DNA of 64,000 bases from a virus: the IMG/VR virus record IMGVR_UViG_3300008266_000015, one strand, 5' to 3'. The notes under the pieces are model-generated. The model made no database searches. It was given only the letters and a program-made list of their open reading frames with translations, and had not been told where the DNA came from. The position numbers were made by a program, and so were the translations under genes. Each line of letters starts with the position of its first letter. The first letter of the stretch is position 1. Of the stretch, positions 39,689 through 50,192 are shown in pieces.

Positions 39689-39934
39689 ATGCAAGAACAA
39701 ATGAAGATGAATGTGGACATCAAACAAACCACACCGATTAAATCCGAAGAAGGAAATCAAGTATTTCAAGAAGCAGTAATTCTACGTAAAGCAAGTAAGT
39801 TTTTAGTAGGTACAAGCGAAGATGCCGTTATTCCTATTCCAGTATTCATTGATATAAAAACCAACAAAATCGTAATTGAGTTGCTTCCTAAAGAGCTTCG
39901 TGAAGAGTATGAAGAATACAACAAAACAGCCTAA
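39689..39934 (+). CDS. Hypothetical protein
   Basis: 81-aa ORF. Confidence 0.6.
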   Translation: MQEQMKMNVDIKQTTPIKSEEGNQVFQEAVILRKASKFLVGTSEDAVIPIPVFIDIKTNKIVIELLPKELREEYEEYNKTA

Positions 39935-40352
39935 ATCGTTCACAATATTTGACTTTGTAAAAGCAATTATTGATACTAAACAGGATTGGGATACATTTAC
40001 ACCTGAACAAAAGAAATCATTCAATAATTATATGATTCATAAGTTTCTATCTATGAATCCTAAATATATTGAAATTGTTAACTACATTCAGGGACTAAAT
40101 TTTAAGGACAGTCAAAAACTATATGAGGTATATTGTTTTATGATTCCAAAATCTAAAAACACTTATTCACCTTATATTAAGTCAAATACTAAAAAAGCAT
40201 CTCCTGAAGCAGCTCAACACGTAGCTGAATATTTTGAATGTTCACTTACTGAAGCAGAAGAATATATTAATTTGACTGATACAAAATGGTTAGAAAATAT
40301 CTTAACTGTTAAGGGAATAGATGAAAAGGAAATTAAAAAATTATTAAAATGA
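39909..40352 (+). CDS. Clamp loader small subunit (gp62-like)
   Basis: FDFVKAI, YMIHKFLSM, VAEYFECS..EAEEY pattern; near the gp44 homolog; ATG at 39909. Confidence 0.7.
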   Translation: MKNTTKQPKSFTIFDFVKAIIDTKQDWDTFTPEQKKSFNNYMIHKFLSMNPKYIEIVNYIQGLNFKDSQKLYEVYCFMIPKSKNTYSPYIKSNTKKASPEAAQHVAEYFECSLTEAEEYINLTDTKWLENILTVKGIDEKEIKKLLK

Positions 40353-40558
40353 GTTACACTCCAGATTCAATTGTCCAAACAATTATAGACAAATTTATTG
40401 CGCGAGCCGAAATGGGTGAAAAAAAGTATGGTGTTACTTTAGATCGTGAAGATTTACCAATTGAAGATTACATCAATCATGCTCTAGAAGAACATATGGA
40501 TGCTATTCTATATCTTCAAAAAGTAAAAACCATGCTTGAACAATATAAAAATGGCTAA
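40349..40558 (+). CDS. Small all-alpha NTP-pyrophosphatase-like protein
   Basis: R...G.KKYG.TL, HALEEHMDAILY. Confidence 0.5.
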   Translation: MSYTPDSIVQTIIDKFIARAEMGEKKYGVTLDREDLPIEDYINHALEEHMDAILYLQKVKTMLEQYKNG

Positions 40559-41504
40559 AAAAACCATCCCATCTATTGTTAAGCAAATTAGAAATTTCAA
40601 ACCACAAGAAATTAACTATGCTTTTCAAAAGAGTATTTCATATTCTCAAATGTCAATGTATTTGTCGTGCCCTAAAAAATGGGCACTCCAATATAGAGAT
40701 GGACATAAAATATATTCCCCATCAATTAATATGACTTTTGGAACAGCAATCCATGAAACTGTACAAAACTATCTTCAAGTAATGTATGAAGAAAATGGAG
40801 CAGCAGCCGATGAAATTAATTTGGAAGAATATTTTGAAGATCGTTTTAGAGAAAACTACTCCAAAGAATATCAATCTAACAAAAAACAACATTTCAGCAA
40901 CCCTGAGGAAATGAGGGAATTTTTTGAAGATGGAATAGCTATTTTAGAATTTATTAAGAAAAAACGCAACGGATATTTTACTAAAAAGGGAAATTATTTA
41001 GTTGGAATCGAAATACCAATAGTAATTTCACCAAATAAACGTTATAATAACGTTTTATTCAACGGGTTTATCGATTTAGTAATATACCATGAACCAACTA
41101 ATACCTTCACTATTTATGACATTAAAACATCAGGTAGAGGTTGGGGAGATAAGGAAAAAAAAGACGAAATTAAACAATTTCAAGTTCTATTTTATAAATC
41201 GTTCTTTAGTGAACAATTTGGAGTACCTGAAGACAATATTGAAGTTCAATTTTTTATATTGAAACGTAAAATATGGGAGAAAAGTGATTTTCCTCAAAAA
41301 CGTATTCAAGAATTCATTCCTGCTCAAGGAAAAATCAAACTAAAAAAATCTAAAGCTGCATTAGAGACATTCATAGAAAGTGTGTTTAATTTAGATGGAA
41401 CATATAAATCTACCGAACATCTAGCCATACCTAGTAAATCAAACTGCATGTATTGTCCATACAAAACTAAAAAGGATCTTTGCTCACAAGCAGTTTTATC
41501 TTAA
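40551..41504 (+). CDS. PD-(D/E)XK nuclease, Cas4/RecB-like
   Basis: ISYSQ..Y..CP, FGTAIHE, GFIDL, DIKTS, Q...Y, C-terminal CMYCPY...C. Confidence 0.85.
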   Translation: MAKKTIPSIVKQIRNFKPQEINYAFQKSISYSQMSMYLSCPKKWALQYRDGHKIYSPSINMTFGTAIHETVQNYLQVMYEENGAAADEINLEEYFEDRFRENYSKEYQSNKKQHFSNPEEMREFFEDGIAILEFIKKKRNGYFTKKGNYLVGIEIPIVISPNKRYNNVLFNGFIDLVIYHEPTNTFTIYDIKTSGRGWGDKEKKDEIKQFQVLFYKSFFSEQFGVPEDNIEVQFFILKRKIWEKSDFPQKRIQEFIPAQGKIKLKKSKAALETFIESVFNLDGTYKSTEHLAIPSKSNCMYCPYKTKKDLCSQAVLS

Positions 41505-41536
41505 AATCGTATATATGTATATACAAATATGTAGTT

Positions 41537-41731
41537 ATGGCTAAAGAAGAAGGTACCCAGCTTACATCTGTAAAAGTAGATAAAGATCTATTTGATGTCT
41601 TTAAAATAGAGTGCGTAAAGCGAAAATTTACTTTAAATAAGCTTGTCAATCGAACAATTGATTTGTATCTTAGCAATCCAGAGTTTAGAAAACAGCTCAC
41701 CAATTACCATAATCCAAAAATCAAAGAATAA
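41537..41731 (+). CDS. Ribbon-helix-helix DNA-binding protein
   Basis: LTSVKVDKDLFDVFKIECVKRKFTLNKLVNRTIDLYL strand-helix-helix pattern; ATG at 41537. Confidence 0.65.
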   Translation: MAKEEGTQLTSVKVDKDLFDVFKIECVKRKFTLNKLVNRTIDLYLSNPEFRKQLTNYHNPKIKE

Positions 41732-41750
41732 ACAATCAAAAACAGTTTTT

Positions 41751-43187
41751 ATGAATTCAAGTTTTGCTTATTTACCTCAGAAAGAGCGTAAAAAAATCCT
41801 ATTAATTTGTGATGATATTCGAGTACATTCCGGAGTAGCTACTGTTGCTCGTGAAATGGTACTCAATACTTGTCAACATTTTAATTGGGTACAGGTTGCA
41901 GGAGCAATCAATCATCCTGAAAAAGGAAAAAAATTAGATATCTCTCAAGATACTAATACCAACACAGGTTTAACAGATGCTTCTGTTCAAATTTATCCTG
42001 TTGATGGATATGGAGATGCTAATCTAATTAGACAACTCATTAAAATTGAAAAACCAGATGCTATCTTTTTAATTACAGATCCTAGATACTTCATGTGGTT
42101 GTTTCAAATTGAAAACGAGATTCGTCGTACGATGCCCATTGTATATCTAAATATTTGGGACGACTATCCAGCACCAATGTACAATCGTCCGTACTACGAA
42201 GCATGTGATGCTCTATTAGGTATTTCCAAACAAACAGTTAATATTAATAAATTAGTATTAGGCGATAAAGCAAAGGACAAGTTAATTGAGTACGTTCCTC
42301 ATGGTTTAAATCATGATATTTTTAAACCAATTGATAACACAGATTCTGAATTTACTGAATTTAAAAAACAATTATTTGGTGGTAGAGAATTTGATTTTGT
42401 ATTGTTCTTTAATTCAAGAAATATTCGACGTAAACAAATTCCAGATACATTAGTGGCATATAAATACTTTATTGATTCACTATCAGAAGAAAAAGCAAAG
42501 AAATGTGCGTTTGTACTTCATACTCAAGTAGTTGACGATAATGGAACAGATTTAGGAGCAGTATGTGAATTTTTATTTGATAACAATCCTAAATACAACA
42601 TTATTTTTTCTCAAAACCCATTACCACCAAATAAAATGAATTATTTGTATAATGCATCTGATGTCCAAATTCTATTAACATCAAATGAAGGTTGGGGTCT
42701 ATCATTAACTGAAGCACTATTAACAGGAAAAATGATTATCGCAAACGTAACTGGTGGAATGCAGGATCAAATGCGTTTTGTTAGAGATGGTAAATGGATG
42801 GAAGTAGATGCTGATTTCCCATCAAACCATAATGGTACTTATAAAGAACATGGAGAATGGGCTTTACCTGTTTACCCAACTAACAGATCAATTCAAGGTT
42901 CCCCAATTACTCCTTATATTTGGGATGATAGATGTACTTCAGAAGATGCAGCCGCTCGAATTAAAGAAGCATATGAAATGTCTAAAGAAGAACGTACACA
43001 ACGTGGTTTAAAAGGTAGAGAATGGGCACTTGGAGATGAAGCAGGATTCACAGGTGAGAAAATGGGACAAAGAATTATTCAAAATTTAGATACTTTGTTT
43101 TCAACTTGGAAACCTAGAAAAAATTATGAACTTATCAACACCAAAAATACAGAAAAAAGAGTTTTAAACCATAAATTAGTTTATTGA
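41751..43187 (+). CDS. Glycosyltransferase, GT4-like (GT-B)
   Basis: SGVATVA, PHG, RNIRRK, YNASD, EGWGLSLTEA; ATG at 41751. Confidence 0.85.
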   Translation: MNSSFAYLPQKERKKILLICDDIRVHSGVATVAREMVLNTCQHFNWVQVAGAINHPEKGKKLDISQDTNTNTGLTDASVQIYPVDGYGDANLIRQLIKIEKPDAIFLITDPRYFMWLFQIENEIRRTMPIVYLNIWDDYPAPMYNRPYYEACDALLGISKQTVNINKLVLGDKAKDKLIEYVPHGLNHDIFKPIDNTDSEFTEFKKQLFGGREFDFVLFFNSRNIRRKQIPDTLVAYKYFIDSLSEEKAKKCAFVLHTQVVDDNGTDLGAVCEFLFDNNPKYNIIFSQNPLPPNKMNYLYNASDVQILLTSNEGWGLSLTEALLTGKMIIANVTGGMQDQMRFVRDGKWMEVDADFPSNHNGTYKEHGEWALPVYPTNRSIQGSPITPYIWDDRCTSEDAAARIKEAYEMSKEERTQRGLKGREWALGDEAGFTGEKMGQRIIQNLDTLFSTWKPRKNYELINTKNTEKRVLNHKLVY

Positions 43188-43188
43188 T

Positions 43189-43719
43189 ATGAGTAGATTT
43201 GATAATAAAAGATGGATAGAACTATCTTTCATAGATGATTGTAAAATTTTAAACAAATACACCATACAAGAATATTACAACAGAGCAAATCAAGGACTAT
43301 ATGAATTTCTTGATCCTGGATTGTCTTATGAATATGAGGAAGTTGATAGATCTCAAGGGCAAAAATTGTGGGTTGTTGAAAAAATAGGAGACGACCCTCA
43401 ATTTTTAGTTACTTTAAAAACAACTAAGTCTGATGAATATTTTATTTTAGATTTTTATTTTTATGAAACAGGAATGAAAAAAAATAGAGCACTAGAAGGA
43501 GAAAATTACTTAGATACCTTATGTAAAATTGTAAAAGATAATATAGTTCCTTATTTTATCAAATCACCAATGAAAACTCTATATTTTACAGCATACACTG
43601 AAGATGGAGCAGGTAATGCCAGAAAAAAGGCATTTACTCGAATAGTAGATAAATTTTTTGATAAAAATAAATTTAACATTAAAATAAACGGATACGAATT
43701 TTTAATAAATAAAAAATAA
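43189..43719 (+). CDS. Hypothetical protein (paralog of 55597)
   Basis: E..DP..SY.Y.E, DT.CKI..D, C-terminal LINK. Confidence 0.6.
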   Translation: MSRFDNKRWIELSFIDDCKILNKYTIQEYYNRANQGLYEFLDPGLSYEYEEVDRSQGQKLWVVEKIGDDPQFLVTLKTTKSDEYFILDFYFYETGMKKNRALEGENYLDTLCKIVKDNIVPYFIKSPMKTLYFTAYTEDGAGNARKKAFTRIVDKFFDKNKFNIKINGYEFLINKK

Positions 43720-43722
43720 ATT

Positions 43723-45021
43723 ATGAGCAAAAATAGTTGTGTAATATACGCACCAGTAGATACCCTTTCAGGCTACGGAAGTCGCAGTCGCGACACAGTA
43801 AAATCAATCATTGAATTGAAAAAAGAAGAATGGGATATTAAAATTATTCCATGCAGTTGGGGAAATACTCCAAACGGATTTATTGATGAAAACCCAGAAT
43901 GGCAGTTTTTAACTCCACATTTTATCAATGGACAACTTACCTCCCAACCAGATATTTTTATTTGGATTACAGTACCAAGTGAGTTCCAAAAAGTAGGTAA
44001 ATACAATATTGGTATTACCGCAGGACTGGAAACCACTATTGTACCAGGAGATTGGGTTGAAGGAGTAAATAGAATGGATTTAGTATTAGTATCCTCAGAA
44101 CACTCTAAAAAAGCATTTTTGAATTCTAAATTCCAAAAAATGAATGAGAAAACAAAACAGGTTGAAGGTACTATAGAGGTAACAACACCAATAGAGGTAT
44201 TATTTGAAGGTATTGATACAAACATCTACAAATATCTAGATAAACCAAATACAGAAATTGGTGCATTAAATACAATCCCTGAGGATTTTGCTTACCTGTT
44301 TGTAGGACACTGGCTACCAGGAGATTTAGGAGAAGATCGTAAAAATGTAGGTTTATTAATTAAAGCGTTTTTTGAATTATTTAAAAATAAGAAAAATGCT
44401 CCCGCATTAATTTTAAAAACCTCCATTATTGGACCTTCTTACATGGACAGAGATGAGGTATTAAAGCGCATTAAGATGATTAGATCAACGGTTAATTCAA
44501 CGGATCTACCGAATGTATACCTACTACATGGAGAATTTTCTGATGAAGAAATGAATGAAATCTATAATCATCCTAAAGTAAAAGCAATGGTTAGTTTAAC
44601 TAAAGGGGAGGGATTTGGTAGACCATTACTAGAATTCACTCAAAGTAAAAAACCAATAATTACCACAAATTGGAGTGGACATTTAGATTTTCTAAATACA
44701 GGATTTACAACATTGATTCCAGGTACATTAACAAATGTTCATCCAAGTGCTGCTAACAATATGTTATTAAAAGAAGCACAATGGTTCTCTCCTGATACAG
44801 GTAGAGTAGGACATTATTTAAAAGATGTATTTGAAAACTACAAAGACTATGTTGATGGAGGAAAACGTCAAGCATATCATTCAAAACAGAATTTCTCATT
44901 TGAAAAAATGACTGAAAAACTAGCTGAATATTTAACACGTGTTCCTGAGTTTCCAAAACAGATGCAATTAAAACTTCCACAATTAAAGAAAATTGAATTA
45001 CCAAAACTACAAAAAGTATAA
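43723..45021 (+). CDS. Glycosyltransferase, GT4-like (GT-B)
   Basis: SGYG, DRKNV, GEGFGRPLLE, TNWSGHLDF. Confidence 0.85.
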   Translation: MSKNSCVIYAPVDTLSGYGSRSRDTVKSIIELKKEEWDIKIIPCSWGNTPNGFIDENPEWQFLTPHFINGQLTSQPDIFIWITVPSEFQKVGKYNIGITAGLETTIVPGDWVEGVNRMDLVLVSSEHSKKAFLNSKFQKMNEKTKQVEGTIEVTTPIEVLFEGIDTNIYKYLDKPNTEIGALNTIPEDFAYLFVGHWLPGDLGEDRKNVGLLIKAFFELFKNKKNAPALILKTSIIGPSYMDRDEVLKRIKMIRSTVNSTDLPNVYLLHGEFSDEEMNEIYNHPKVKAMVSLTKGEGFGRPLLEFTQSKKPIITTNWSGHLDFLNTGFTTLIPGTLTNVHPSAANNMLLKEAQWFSPDTGRVGHYLKDVFENYKDYVDGGKRQAYHSKQNFSFEKMTEKLAEYLTRVPEFPKQMQLKLPQLKKIELPKLQKV

Positions 45022-45024
45022 AAA

Positions 45025-45483
45025 ATGACAGACAATTTAAATGTATGCCCTTGTGGGAAATCAGATGCATGTTACACAATAGAAAACTCCCCTACTATTA
45101 AAACATACTCATGTTTTGGATGTGGTTATACAACCAATTCATTAATGAAAGAGGGTGAAGAATTCTACGAACAACAACTAGAGGTACTACCTGAATTATA
45201 TAAAGATGTAATGTTTGAAGATGCAAATGGTTTAAAATGGATGCCTACTACTATCAATATTCCTATTCAAGGAATGGTGTTCTATAATGGAACTAATACC
45301 CAAGATGCTAAATGGGCTGGAGTTAAGGCAGTAGAGGTAACAGAGGAAGAAAAAGAAAAATATCCAATCAAAGGAAAACCAGGCCAGTATTATACTCATA
45401 GAATGGATATGTTAACTATGAAACCATTTGAAAAGTATGAATTTATTGACGCCTTAGAATATATAGGAATTTTACCAGAGTAA
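45025..45483 (+). CDS. Hypothetical protein with N-terminal Zn ribbon
   Basis: CPC...C ... CFGCG. Confidence 0.6.
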   Translation: MTDNLNVCPCGKSDACYTIENSPTIKTYSCFGCGYTTNSLMKEGEEFYEQQLEVLPELYKDVMFEDANGLKWMPTTINIPIQGMVFYNGTNTQDAKWAGVKAVEVTEEEKEKYPIKGKPGQYYTHRMDMLTMKPFEKYEFIDALEYIGILPE

Positions 45484-45532
45484 CTAGGATTTCAAAAGAA
45501 TCTTCTGTATATTTAAAATAAAAAAACAAGTT

Positions 45533-46159
45533 ATGAAAATCTCTTATGCAATCACAGTGTGTGATGAAGCAGTTGAAATCCAACGTTTAGTTAATTTTTT
45601 ACTTACACATAAACGAGTAGAAGATCAGATAGTAGTATTATTTGATGAATCAAAAAATTGTACTGCTGTAGAAGAATACTTAAGATCTCATTCAATAAAT
45701 GGGGAATTTAGTTGGCATAAAGGAAAATTTGAAGGACACTTTGCAGACTGGAAAAATAAACTAACATCATTCTGTACAGGGGACTATGTTTTTCAAATTG
45801 ATGCTGACGAGATTCCGAATCTTTATCTAATTCAACAACTCCCAATAATACTAGAAACAAACTTTGTAGAGGTAGATGTACTACTAGTACCAAGGATTAA
45901 TACAGTAGAAGGTTTAACACCACAGCATATTCAAAAATGGGGATGGAATGTAAACGATAAAGGATGGATAAACTATCCCGACTACCAATGGAGAATATAC
46001 AGAAGAGATGGGAGTATTAGATGGAAGAATAAAGTACACGAAGTTTTAGAAGGACAAATGCATTATTCAACTTTACCAATGGATGAGGAGTACTGTCTTT
46101 ATCATGATAAACAAATAGAAAGACAAGAAAAACAAAACAATTATTATAATACACTATGA
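45533..46159 (+). CDS. Glycosyltransferase family 2
   Basis: ISYAITVCDE, F...KN, QIDADE (DxD), PDYQWR, VHE. Confidence 0.85.
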   Translation: MKISYAITVCDEAVEIQRLVNFLLTHKRVEDQIVVLFDESKNCTAVEEYLRSHSINGEFSWHKGKFEGHFADWKNKLTSFCTGDYVFQIDADEIPNLYLIQQLPIILETNFVEVDVLLVPRINTVEGLTPQHIQKWGWNVNDKGWINYPDYQWRIYRRDGSIRWKNKVHEVLEGQMHYSTLPMDEEYCLYHDKQIERQEKQNNYYNTL

Positions 46160-46560
46160 ACCAAAGAAAATATTTGCCTACATTAAGTGAATTAATTGAT
46201 CGTTTATCAATTACACAATTAAAAGAAGTATTCATTACAGAACATAAAGCAGAATATGCTGCTGAAATAGCAGACATAGTTCATGATATCCAGTTACATT
46301 TGGAAGAAAGCAAAGAACCAATTACCGCTGAAACAATTAGAGCTATTGTAGTATTATCTCAAATGAATCTCCATATTTGGCATAACGAATCAAATGTTAG
46401 AAGTGGAAAATCAGGCCCAAATGCATTAGCATTGACCCATGGTCTAAATGGTATTCGTAACACTGCTAAAAACCAAATCCAAGAAATAATGGGTGGAAGA
46501 AAAGACTATAAAATTGATTGTTTAGCGGCTGATTTTAAAGATTGGGAAATATCATGGTAA
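46156..46560 (+). CDS. Helical protein typical of glycan clusters (DUF4254-like)
   Basis: ELIDRLSI.QLK, N..IWH.E, N..R...KN.I. Confidence 0.55.
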   Translation: MNQRKYLPTLSELIDRLSITQLKEVFITEHKAEYAAEIADIVHDIQLHLEESKEPITAETIRAIVVLSQMNLHIWHNESNVRSGKSGPNALALTHGLNGIRNTAKNQIQEIMGGRKDYKIDCLAADFKDWEISW

Positions 46561-46943
46561 AAGTATGGGTAAATGGTTCATTCGATGTTTTACATATAGG
46601 ACACATAAAATTACTTGAATATGCTAGTACATTAGGAAGTGTTAAGGTAGGAATTGATACCAATAAAAGAATTAAAAAAATTAAAGGTGAAAATAGACCA
46701 TTTAATTCACTTTCTGATAGAGTAGAATTTTTACGCTCTATAAAACATGTTGATAGTGTTGATATATTTGATACAACTGAACAACTAATTGATCTTATTA
46801 AGCAATACCAACCAGATTATATGGTTATAGGAAGTGATTATAAAGATAAACCAATTATAGGTTCCGAATATATAAAAGAGATTGTATATTTCGATAGAAT
46901 AAAAGATAAATCAACAACTAATATACTGAACTATGGAAAGTAA
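46554..46943 (+). CDS. Cytidylyltransferase-family nucleotidyltransferase (HldE/RfaE domain II-like)
   Basis: NGSFDVLHIGH, KGENRP, GSDY, STT; ATG at 46554. Confidence 0.85.
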   Translation: MVKVWVNGSFDVLHIGHIKLLEYASTLGSVKVGIDTNKRIKKIKGENRPFNSLSDRVEFLRSIKHVDSVDIFDTTEQLIDLIKQYQPDYMVIGSDYKDKPIIGSEYIKEIVYFDRIKDKSTTNILNYGK

Positions 46944-47319
46944 ATATATCAAACCCCATGTTTGTGAAGGATGTAAGGTTCCTAAGGGATGGGGTGAAGA
47001 ATTGATCATTGAAAATAATGAAAAGTATTGTGGTAAATTACTTATCTTTAAAAAAGGATGCAAATTTAGTATGCATTACCATATGATCAAAGATGAAACA
47101 TGGTATGTTGATAAAGGAACATTTATCTATAGATGGATCGATACTGAAACAGCTGAAACCATAGAACAAACTCTTAAACCAGGAGATATAGTAAGACAAA
47201 GACCTGGACAACCCCACCAATTAGAAGCACTAGAAGATGGGGTTATATTTGAAATTTCAACCCAACATTTTGACTCTGATTCATACCGAGTATGGAAAGG
47301 AGACAGTCAAACAAAATAA
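46933..47319 (+). CDS. Cupin sugar isomerase-like protein
   Basis: KGWG.E, SMHYH..KDETW, PGQPH, EIST.H.D.DSYR. Confidence 0.8.
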   Translation: MESKYIKPHVCEGCKVPKGWGEELIIENNEKYCGKLLIFKKGCKFSMHYHMIKDETWYVDKGTFIYRWIDTETAETIEQTLKPGDIVRQRPGQPHQLEALEDGVIFEISTQHFDSDSYRVWKGDSQTK

Positions 47320-47327
47320 AAATAAAT

Positions 47328-48551
47328 ATGGATAATCCACAAATATTTTCTCTAGCAGAAAACCAATATACTTCAGATTATGAAGTAATTTTAAATCTAG
47401 GTACTCAACCCTGGGCTAATAATTTTATATCTTTAGATCAAATAGGAAAAGAACCTACTTACCCACTACAATTAGTTTACTGTAATAAATCTGAATTATT
47501 ACAGCTAAGTTATTTTGTCCCTAAAGAGACAATGTTTAAAAACCACACATATATTTCCGGTACTACCAGAACATTATTAAACCATTTTTATAAGTTAGCC
47601 AAAGAAAATACTGAACAATATAACTTAGATACCGAAAACGATATTATCCTAGATATAGGAGGAAACGATGGCTCACAATTAGATCAATATCAAAAATTAG
47701 GATTTAAAAAAACAATAAATTTTGAATCTGCTAATAACATTTGTGAATTATCTATTCAGAAAGGAATAAATACTATTAATGATTTTTTTAATGAAAAAAA
47801 TGTTAAAAAATATTTGGAACCTAACAGTATTAAATTAATAAATGCATCAGGTGTATTTTTTCATTTAGAAGAATTGGATAGTGTTATAAAAGGTATAAAT
47901 TATTGTCTTTCTGAGGATGGGGTATTTGTAGTACAATGTATGTACGCTGGAGCAATGATGGATAATTTAAATTATGATACCATTTACCATGAACATCTAT
48001 GCTATTACACATTAAATAGTTTAAATAAATTACTACTTAAATATGATTTACATTTAGAAGATGCTCATTTTGATGAAATACATAGTGGAAGTATAATTTG
48101 TAAATTTAGAAAAAATAAATTTCCTTTAACTCCAAGAACATTAGATTTGATAGAGCTAGATAAAAAATATACATTATCCTCATTCAAAAATTTCAGTAAC
48201 CAAATTCAGGAAAATAGATACGAATTAAAAAATCTTTTAATTGAATTAAAAAATAAAGGAAAAGTTGTATATGGGTATGGAGCTCCTGTTAAAGGTAATA
48301 CATTATTAAATTATGCCGAAATAGATAATACCTTAATTAAAAAGATAGTAGAAGTTAATCCTCATAAAATAGGAACATATACTCCTGGCTCACATATTCC
48401 TGTAGAGCAAGAACAAGAAAATGACACTCCAGACTATTATTTAATGTTGTCTCATAATTTTGAAAAGGAATTAATTGAAAAAAATAAACACATAATAGAA
48501 AATGGAACTAAATTTATTATCCCATTCCCAAAAATAAAAATAATCCAATAA
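47328..48551 (+). CDS. NDP-sugar C-methyltransferase-like protein
   Basis: LG.QP.AN.F, YPL.L, DIGGNDG, YHEHLCYY, HSGS, YGAPVKGNTLLN, GSHIP, FIIPFP. Confidence 0.85.
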   Translation: MDNPQIFSLAENQYTSDYEVILNLGTQPWANNFISLDQIGKEPTYPLQLVYCNKSELLQLSYFVPKETMFKNHTYISGTTRTLLNHFYKLAKENTEQYNLDTENDIILDIGGNDGSQLDQYQKLGFKKTINFESANNICELSIQKGINTINDFFNEKNVKKYLEPNSIKLINASGVFFHLEELDSVIKGINYCLSEDGVFVVQCMYAGAMMDNLNYDTIYHEHLCYYTLNSLNKLLLKYDLHLEDAHFDEIHSGSIICKFRKNKFPLTPRTLDLIELDKKYTLSSFKNFSNQIQENRYELKNLLIELKNKGKVVYGYGAPVKGNTLLNYAEIDNTLIKKIVEVNPHKIGTYTPGSHIPVEQEQENDTPDYYLMLSHNFEKELIEKNKHIIENGTKFIIPFPKIKIIQ

Positions 48552-48552
48552 T

Positions 48553-49443
48553 ATGAAAATTTTTTCTAAAAACTCAATAGCTCAAGAAAGATTTGAGTTT
48601 CATATAGATGTTAATTGTGAAAAATACAAAAACAAACCAATTTCTATATTTAATGATTGGCCTGCAAATTCATTTGAATTAAGTGAAAATCCTATTAATA
48701 TTATTATATTAAATGAACCTAACGAAATTTTTGGGTTAGTTGATTGGACCATATATAACCAAAATGGTTTTAGTTTAATTCTTTCTCAATGGGATAAAAT
48801 TCATCAAAATTGTTCTAACTCTATATTATTTGTTCATGGTGAAACTAATTTGGATAGAGAATATATTGAGAGTTATAAAATTAATCCTGAAAGAAATTAT
48901 GAAGTAACTTTTCTAAGTGGCATATTGGAAATGCTTCCTGGCCATAGGTTGAGACAAAGAGTTTTAAGTAAGGAATCTGAAATTGTAATTCCTCATAAAT
49001 TTTGGAAAACATTAGATGATTTTGATCCTAGAGGACAACGCCCTGGATATTTTGAAGTAAAAATGACTAAATGGGGTAACCCAATTGAAGGCGAAGGAAA
49101 AAAACAAGTTTGGGATAGACATTCTATGTTTCATGTAGCTATAGAAAGTAAAAAAGAAATTAATTACTTTGCTGATAAAATTTTAGATTGCTTTGCAACC
49201 AAAACCTTACCTATATATTATGGCTCTCATAACATATCAGAGTTTGGATATGATGAAAAAGGAATAATTCGATTTGATAATGAAGATGAATTAGTTGAAA
49301 TACTAAATAATCTAACCCCAGAAGATTACTATAGTAGATTAGAAGCTATAGAAAATAACTATGAAGCAGTTCAGAAATATGGTTTTTTCTTTCCTAGAGT
49401 AGAAGAATTTTTAGATGAATTAATAAAATTAAATGATCTATGA
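48553..49443 (+). CDS. GT10 fucosyltransferase-like protein
   Basis: FHVAIES....YFADKILDCF...TLPIYYG. Confidence 0.7.
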   Translation: MKIFSKNSIAQERFEFHIDVNCEKYKNKPISIFNDWPANSFELSENPINIIILNEPNEIFGLVDWTIYNQNGFSLILSQWDKIHQNCSNSILFVHGETNLDREYIESYKINPERNYEVTFLSGILEMLPGHRLRQRVLSKESEIVIPHKFWKTLDDFDPRGQRPGYFEVKMTKWGNPIEGEGKKQVWDRHSMFHVAIESKKEINYFADKILDCFATKTLPIYYGSHNISEFGYDEKGIIRFDNEDELVEILNNLTPEDYYSRLEAIENNYEAVQKYGFFFPRVEEFLDELIKLNDL

Positions 49444-50192
49444 AAGTATTAATTATAGGAGATAGCTGCGAAGATCATTATATATATTGCTCATCAGAAA
49501 GATTCTGTCCTGATGCTCCGGTTCCTGTATTAAACCCTGTTAAAAAAATTAAATCTATGGGTATGGCAGGCAATGTTGCTGATAATATTAGATCATTAGG
49601 AGCTGAGGTAGACATACTATCAAACATTGAAAAGATTAAAAAAATAAGATATGTTCATGAAAGAACAAATCACATGTTCATTAGAATAGATGAAGGAGAA
49701 GATAAAATAAATAGATGTTTGTTTGGTAATATAGACTGGAATCAGTATGATGCTATTATAATTAGTGATTATTGTAAAGGATTCTTAGTAGAGGAAGATA
49801 TTGATTATATTTCTAAACAACATCCTTTAACGTTTTTAGATACCAAAAAACAATTAGGTTCGTTTGCTGATAATATCACATTTATAAAAATAAATGATAT
49901 TGAGTATAATAAGACTAAATTATCTATAACACCAATTTTAGAAGAAAAACTTATAATAACTTTAGGTTCTAAAGGGGCTACATACAAAGAAAATACATAT
50001 ATTGTAGATGAAGTTGATGTTAGAGATACAAGCGGAGCAGGTGATACTTTTTTAGCAGGATTAGCGTATGGTTATATTAAAACGAAAGATATAGATATAG
50101 CAATTAAATTAGCAAATGATTGCGCTAGTCAAGTAGTACAGAAAAAAGGAACAGCAAAAATAAATAAAAACAAATTAAAATATGAAATATAA
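49440..50192 (+). CDS. PfkB-family sugar kinase (HldE/RfaE domain I-like)
   Basis: IGDSCED.Y, R.CPDAPVPV, GMAGNV, ISDYCKG, DTSGAGDTF. Confidence 0.85.
   Translation: MKVLIIGDSCEDHYIYCSSERFCPDAPVPVLNPVKKIKSMGMAGNVADNIRSLGAEVDILSNIEKIKKIRYVHERTNHMFIRIDEGEDKINRCLFGNIDWNQYDAIIISDYCKGFLVEEDIDYISKQHPLTFLDTKKQLGSFADNITFIKINDIEYNKTKLSITPILEEKLIITLGSKGATYKENTYIVDEVDVRDTSGAGDTFLAGLAYGYIKTKDIDIAIKLANDCASQVVQKKGTAKINKNKLKYEI

Noticed and set aside
40551-41504. CRISPR-Cas system suggested by a Cas4-like nuclease
   Set aside because: No repeat-spacer array or other cas genes seen; stand-alone Cas4-like nucleases are common in phages
42808-43011. Alternative-frame + strand ORFs (42808-43011, 54658-54936)
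   Set aside because: Nested in strongly supported genes with no motif or start context of their own
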